Part shown: positions 58,477 through 64,000 of the stretch, in pieces
How the letters are laid out: every line of letters begins with the position of its first letter
How positions within the stretch are numbered: position 1 is the stretch's first letter
Assembly: GCF_004011805.1 (NCBI RefSeq)
Contig: NZ_ML137196.1
Location: 369,024-433,023 of the forward strand
Direction: 5' to 3'
DNA length: 64,000 nucleotides
Origin: Piscinibacter defluvii
GTDB lineage: Bacteria; Pseudomonadota; Gammaproteobacteria; Burkholderiales; Burkholderiaceae_C
Made by a program: the position numbers and the translations under genes
Notes under the pieces: generated by a model
The model's database searches: none
What the model was told of the DNA's origin: nothing
Seen by the model: the letters and a program-made list of their open reading frames with translations, nothing else

Positions 58477-58486
58477 ACACACCATC

Positions 58487-59386
58487 ATGACCGAGCCGAT
58501 GCACTGGGGCGCGGAGCAGTTGTGGCAGCAGTTGCTGCCGGAGCTGCCCGGGCTGAGCGTCGAGGTGGTCGAGCGCAGCTCGTCGACCAACACCGCGCTG
58601 CTGGAGCGCGCCCGCGTCGTCGGCCGGCCGGGCGCGGACAGCGATGCGGTGCTGGTGCACCACAGCGTCGAGAGCGCCGCCTTCGGGCGCCGCGCGGCCG
58701 ACGTGCAGCCCTGCCTGCTGGTGGCCGAGCACCAGACCGGCGGCCGCGGTCGCCAGGGGCGCCACTGGCAGTCCGCGCCAGGCGCCTCGCTCACCTTCTC
58801 GCTCGCACTGCCGCTGGCGGCGCAGGACTGGTCCGGGCTGTCGCTGGTGGTCGGCCTGGCGCTGGCCGACGCGCTCGACCCGCCGCAGGCGGGCGCGGCG
58901 CCGCGCATCGGCCTGAAGTGGCCCAACGACCTCTGGCTGTGTGATGCCGGCGGCGGCGGCCGCAAGCTCGGCGGCATCCTGATCGAGACGGTCTCGGCCG
59001 CGTCGCGCCGCCTGGCGGTGATCGGCGTCGGCCTGAACGTCAAGCCGATGCCGACCACCGACACCAGCAGCGGCTTCGCCTGCGTGCAGGAACTCGACGC
59101 GTCGGCCGACCCGCCCGGCGTGCTGGCCCGCGTCGCGCTGCCGCTGGTGCGCGCGCTGCGTCGCTTCGAGCGCGAAGGCTTCGCTGCCTTCGCGGCCGGT
59201 TATGCGCGGCGCGACCTGCTGCTCGGCCGCCCGGTGCGCACCACGCTGGCCGAGGTGCCCGAAGGCATCGCACGCGGCATCGACCCACGCGGGGCGCTGC
59301 TGGTCGAAACCGGCGCGGGGCAGCAGGTGCCGGTGGGCAGCGGCGAGGTCAGCGTACGGCTGGACGCCGGCGACAAGCAGGGCTGA
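58487..59386 (+). CDS. birA: biotin--[acetyl-CoA-carboxylase] ligase
   Basis: ...HQTGGRGRQGRHWQSAPGASLTFSL...KWPNDL... are the BPL catalytic-domain motifs. No obvious N-terminal HTH, so the group I type is probable. Confidence 0.8.
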   Translation: MTEPMHWGAEQLWQQLLPELPGLSVEVVERSSSTNTALLERARVVGRPGADSDAVLVHHSVESAAFGRRAADVQPCLLVAEHQTGGRGRQGRHWQSAPGASLTFSLALPLAAQDWSGLSLVVGLALADALDPPQAGAAPRIGLKWPNDLWLCDAGGGGRKLGGILIETVSAASRRLAVIGVGLNVKPMPTTDTSSGFACVQELDASADPPGVLARVALPLVRALRRFEREGFAAFAAGYARRDLLLGRPVRTTLAEVPEGIARGIDPRGALLVETGAGQQVPVGSGEVSVRLDAGDKQG

Positions 59387-59393
59387 CAAGCCC

Positions 59394-60095
59394 ATGCTGC
59401 GGCGCCTGGTGTTCCTGCTGCTGGCGGCCAACCTGCTGTTCTTCGCCTGGAGCAAGGGCTGGCTGGGCGACCTGCTCGGCGTGCGGCCCGACGCGCAGCG
59501 CGAGCCCGAACGCCTGGCGCGCCAGGTGCGGCCGCAGACCATCGTCGTGCTGCCGCCGGCCCCGGCGGCCTCGGCCCGGCCGGCCGCCGCGCCCGCCAGC
59601 GTGGCCGCTGCGGCCGCAGGGGACGACAAGCCGGTGTGCCTCGAGGCCGGCCCGTTCGCCACCGGCGCGTCGATCTCCGCCATGGCCGCGCTGCGCGCCG
59701 TGCAGCCGCCGCTGCCGCCGGGCAGCTGGGTGGAAGTGACGATCGATCGTCCCGGTGCCTGGCTCGTGGTGCTGCCGCGCCCCGCCAGCCGCGAGGCGCT
59801 GACGCGCCGCGACGAGGAGCTCAAGCGCGCACGCATCGCCTACGAGGTGCTCAACACCCCGGAAGAGCTGGCCGGCAGCCTGTCGCTGGGCCGCTTCGAC
59901 GACCGCGACGCGGCCGACAAGGCGCTGGCACAGCTCAGCCAGCGCGGCATCCGCCCGGCCAAGGTGGCCGAGCTGCATGCGGCCAGCACCATCCACGTGC
60001 TGCGTGCGGCCAAGGTCGACAAGGCGCTGGCGGCCCAGCTCGGCGCGATCCGCTCCGATGCGCTCGGCCGCGGCTTCGTGCCCTGCGGCTCCTGA
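59394..60095 (+). CDS. SPOR-domain-like membrane protein
   Basis: N-terminal TM helix MLRRLVFLLLAANLLFFAW, an Ala/Pro-rich linker, and a C-terminal region resembling SPOR repeats (WLVVLPRPASREALTRRDEELKRARIAYEVLN...). Confidence 0.5.
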   Translation: MLRRLVFLLLAANLLFFAWSKGWLGDLLGVRPDAQREPERLARQVRPQTIVVLPPAPAASARPAAAPASVAAAAAGDDKPVCLEAGPFATGASISAMAALRAVQPPLPPGSWVEVTIDRPGAWLVVLPRPASREALTRRDEELKRARIAYEVLNTPEELAGSLSLGRFDDRDAADKALAQLSQRGIRPAKVAELHAASTIHVLRAAKVDKALAAQLGAIRSDALGRGFVPCGS

Positions 60096-60104
60096 TTCCG
60101 CGCG

Positions 60105-61766
60105 TTACTGCGGCGCGCGCCGCAGCGCCAGCGTCGCCAGGCCGAGCAGCAGCAGCCAGCCGAAACCGAGCGCCCCGCCACCACCACCGCCGCCCGTGGC
60201 GGGCGGCGCGGCGGCCCCGGCGACCGCGGCCCGAGCGTCGAGCATGCCGGCACCGCAGGTGGACGTGGTGCAGTAGCACTCCTCCTGCACCGTGCCGTCG
60301 GGCGCGTGGCACTGCGGCGTGCCGGGCTCGGCGCCGCTGGTGGGGAACGGGCGCGCCGTCGAGCGCAGGATCGAGCGCACCTGCGCCGGCGTCAGGTCGG
60401 GCTCGACCGCGAGCATCAGGGCCACGGTGCCGGCCACCAGCGGGGCGGAGAAGCTGGTGCCCAGCGTCGGACGCAGCAGGCCGTCGCTGTAGGTGGAGCC
60501 GCCGTTGGCGTCGGTCACCGGCGCCTGCGTGCCGGTGTTGGTGGTCGTGAGGATCGGGTACAGGCAGGGGTCGGTCAGGCCGGTGTTGACGCAGTTGCCG
60601 CCGGGCGCGCTCACCGTCACCTCCGGCCCGAGGTCGGAGAAGCCGACCTTGGTGCCGAGGTGGCGCAGGCCGGACACCGCGATCACGCCGTCGCAGGCGG
60701 CCGGCTCGGACACGGCGCCGCCGCTGCCGTTGCCGGCCGAGGCGACGATCACCACACCGGCGCTGCGCAGTTCGTCGACCACGTCCACATACGCCGGGCT
60801 GCAACCGGCGCCGCCGCCCAGGCTCAGGTTGAGCACCCAGGCCGGATTCGGGTTCGTCGGCAGACCCGGCACGGCCAGGCCGGCAGCCCAGCGCATGCCG
60901 TCGATGATGTCCGAGTCGAACCCGCCGCACTTGCCGAGCACGCGCACCGGCAGCACCTTCGCGTTGCGCGCGACGCTGGCCATGCCGCGGTTGTTGTCGG
61001 TCAGCGCCGAGATCAGCCCGGCGACCTCGGTGCCGTGCCAGGAGCTGTCGGAGGCGGCCGGGTTGCCGTTCTCGTCGAACGAACAGTCCTCGAACGGTCC
61101 CCCCGGGGTGGTCGTCTCCTGCAGCGTGATCCAGTCGCCCGGGTCACGCGGGTCGCTGTCGCGCCGGTTGCCGTCGTTGGCGATGTCGAGGTCGGCGACC
61201 ATGTCGTAGCCCGGCAGCAGGTTCCCGACCAGGTCGGGGTGGTCGCTGCGGATGCCCGTGTCGAGCACCGCCACGACCACGTTGGCGCGCCGCGCCGGCG
61301 TGGTCAGGTCCCAGGCCGCCTCGGCGTTGATGGCCGAGCGCAGCGTGCCGGTGGGCGCCTTCAGGTACCACTGCCCGGCGGCCGGGCCGTTCACCGGCAC
61401 CGGGCTGGGCACGTACAGCGGATCGTTCGGCACCGCCGCGGCGCGCTTGCGCCGGTCCGGCACGGCGTACTCGACGTCGCCTTCGGCGGCCAGGCGCGCC
61501 GCCAGCGCCTCGGAGCTCAGCCCGCTGGCGAACACCACCTGCGCGCGCTCGCTGACGGCCAGCCCGCTGCGCAGCGCCAGGCCGGTGCGCTGCCCGAGCG
61601 CCTGAGCCCGCAGCGCGGGCAGCTGGTCGGCCGACTGGGCCTGCTTGCGCAGCAGGTCCGAGCCCTGCTTGTACTTCACGATCACGCGGGCATCCGCCGC
61701 GTGCGCCGCCAGCGGCAGGCAGGACAGCAGCGCGAGCAGCGCGCAGAGACGGCGGACCGGCTTCAT
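60105..61766 (-). CDS. secreted S8-family subtilisin-like serine peptidase with a Gly-run/TM/Arg-Arg C-terminal tail (GlyGly-CTERM-like sorting signal?)
   Basis: Signal peptide MKPVRRLCALLALLSCLPLAAHA. S8 catalytic triad contexts: VAVLDTGI (Asp), HGTEVAG (His) and GTSFSAPLVAG (Ser). The C-terminus reads GGGGGGALGFGWLLLLGLATLALRRAPQ. Confidence 0.8.
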   Translation of the reverse strand: MKPVRRLCALLALLSCLPLAAHAADARVIVKYKQGSDLLRKQAQSADQLPALRAQALGQRTGLALRSGLAVSERAQVVFASGLSSEALAARLAAEGDVEYAVPDRRKRAAAVPNDPLYVPSPVPVNGPAAGQWYLKAPTGTLRSAINAEAAWDLTTPARRANVVVAVLDTGIRSDHPDLVGNLLPGYDMVADLDIANDGNRRDSDPRDPGDWITLQETTTPGGPFEDCSFDENGNPAASDSSWHGTEVAGLISALTDNNRGMASVARNAKVLPVRVLGKCGGFDSDIIDGMRWAAGLAVPGLPTNPNPAWVLNLSLGGGAGCSPAYVDVVDELRSAGVVIVASAGNGSGGAVSEPAACDGVIAVSGLRHLGTKVGFSDLGPEVTVSAPGGNCVNTGLTDPCLYPILTTTNTGTQAPVTDANGGSTYSDGLLRPTLGTSFSAPLVAGTVALMLAVEPDLTPAQVRSILRSTARPFPTSGAEPGTPQCHAPDGTVQEECYCTTSTCGAGMLDARAAVAGAAAPPATGGGGGGGALGFGWLLLLGLATLALRRAPQ

Positions 61767-61791
61767 CGAACAATCCTCTCGGGTCGGGCCT

Positions 61792-62127
61792 TCAGTAGGT
61801 GGGGGAGACGATGCGCTTGCGCGCATCGATCTGCGCGGCGCTGAAGCGGGAACGGTCGGCACGCAGTCGCTCGAAGGCGGCCGGGCCGTCGGCCGCGTCC
61901 GGGCATTCGATCACCAGCGCGTGCCAGTCGGTGCCGCTGGCAGACAGGTAACGCACCGGGCAGCCGGCGGATGACGTGGCCGCCTGCGCGATGGATGGTG
62001 CGTCGGGCAGCGGCTGCGCCAGGCGCACCATGACGCGCAGCGGGCCGGGCCCGGCCACCGGTTCGGCGGCGCAGGCCACGAGGGCCAGCGCAGCCAGCAG
62101 GGCAGGAATCGCGACGCGCGGCAGCAT
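61792..62127 (-). CDS. small secreted protein upstream of the S8 peptidase (possible propeptide or inhibitor-like partner), hypothetical
   Basis: Signal peptide MLPRVAIPALLAALALVACAA. 111 aa. Its stop is 26 nt upstream of the peptidase start on the same strand. Confidence 0.45.
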   Translation of the reverse strand: MLPRVAIPALLAALALVACAAEPVAGPGPLRVMVRLAQPLPDAPSIAQAATSSAGCPVRYLSASGTDWHALVIECPDAADGPAAFERLRADRSRFSAAQIDARKRIVSPTY

Positions 62128-62227
62128 GCCGCGCAGTCTACGGGTGCGCCGCCGGCCGCCGCCGGGCCGGCAAGGCGCTGTCGCGTAAGGCTTTGTTGCG
62201 GCGTGTGGCGCCGCACGCCCTCGGAGC

Positions 62228-63325
<1,098 letters not shown>

Positions 63326-64000
63326 TCAACGCCGGCGCGCCAGCACGGCGCGCACGGTGTCGGCCACGTTCTGCGCCGTGAAGCCGAAGAGCTTGAACAG
63401 CGCGCCGGCCGGGGCCGACTCGCCGTAGCGGTCGATGCCCACGACGGCGGCGCAGCCGTACTTCCACCAGTAGTCGCTCACGCCGGCCTCGACCGCAATC
63501 CGCGGCAGGCCCTCGGGCAGCACGGACGTCTTGTACGCGCTGCCCTGGCGGTCGAACACGCTGGTCGAAGGCATGGACACGACGCGCACCGCGATGCCGT
63601 CGGCCGCCAGCAGCTGCTGCGCATTCAGCGCGAGCTGCACCTCGGAGCCGGTGGCGACGATGACGGCCTGTGCCTTCTTCCTGAGCCCGACCTCGGCTGG
63701 CTCGGCCAGCACATAGGCGCCTTTGGCGATGTCGTCGAGCGTGCCTTGCGTGGGTTTCGGCAGGTAGGGAAGATTCTGGCGCGACAGCAGCAGCGCACTC
63801 GGGCGGCTGCGGCTGGCGATGGCGGCGCTCCAGGCGACCACCGTCTCGGCGGTGTCGGCCGGGCGCCAGACGTCCAGGCCCGGGATCAGGCGCAGCGCGG
63901 CGGCATGCTCGACGCTCTGGTGCGTCGGGCCGTCCTCGCCCAGGCCGATCGAGTCGTGCGTGAAGACGTGGATGACGCGCTGGTGCATCAGCGCGGCCAT
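63326..64000 (-). CDS. tkt: transketolase (C-terminal part; gene continues beyond window end)
   Basis: ...HDSIGLGEDGPTHQSVEHAAALRLIPGLDVWRPADTAETVVAW... is the transketolase pyrimidine-binding and C-terminal domain. The stop is at 63326. The N-terminus lies outside the window. Confidence 0.9.
   Translation of the reverse strand: MAALMHQRVIHVFTHDSIGLGEDGPTHQSVEHAAALRLIPGLDVWRPADTAETVVAWSAAIASRSRPSALLLSRQNLPYLPKPTQGTLDDIAKGAYVLAEPAEVGLRKKAQAVIVATGSEVQLALNAQQLLAADGIAVRVVSMPSTSVFDRQGSAYKTSVLPEGLPRIAVEAGVSDYWWKYGCAAVVGIDRYGESAPAGALFKLFGFTAQNVADTVRAVLARRR

Overview
This is a high-GC window (roughly 70% G+C by eye) of betaproteobacterial type. Gene content and order (DUF4390/NtrY-like kinase/rsmB, folE, topA, birA, gap, tkt) suggest Burkholderiales, but taxonomy is not provable from the sequence alone. 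The two ends carry housekeeping genes: coxSL-like oxidoreductase, acyl-CoA ligase and nadE on the left; NtrYX-like two-component system, rsmB, folE, topA, birA, gap and tkt on the right. The middle is accessory and contains three main blocks. (1) A 16.6-kb minus-strand operon of five tightly packed giant ORFs (612, 1473, 985, 1149 and 1212 aa). None has a recognisable signal peptide or well-known domain, except that the first gene carries PhoD-like metallophosphatase motifs spread over a much enlarged protein. A 271-bp nested-palindrome element sits between genes 2 and 3, and a lipoprotein gene follows the operon. I could not match this operon to any characterised secretion, toxin, phage or defence system, and it is the best candidate for an undescribed system. 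(2) A co-directional block of tRNA-Asp, tRNA-Arg and an aberrant tRNA-like element, immediately followed by an SPFH protein, a ClpP-fold SDH-family protease and RtcB RNA ligase. (3) A roughly 10-kb AT-richer island at tRNA-Phe carrying a P4-type integrase, AlpA, three hipA paralogues (one decayed), two hipB, a decayed GGDEF gene and a truncated methyltransferase-PLD gene. Many of the longest ORFs in the six-frame track are Arg/Ala/Gly/Pro-rich high-GC artefacts. Real genes were chosen by residue composition, recognisable motifs and tight operon junctions. All coordinates were derived by hand and may be off by a few nucleotides.
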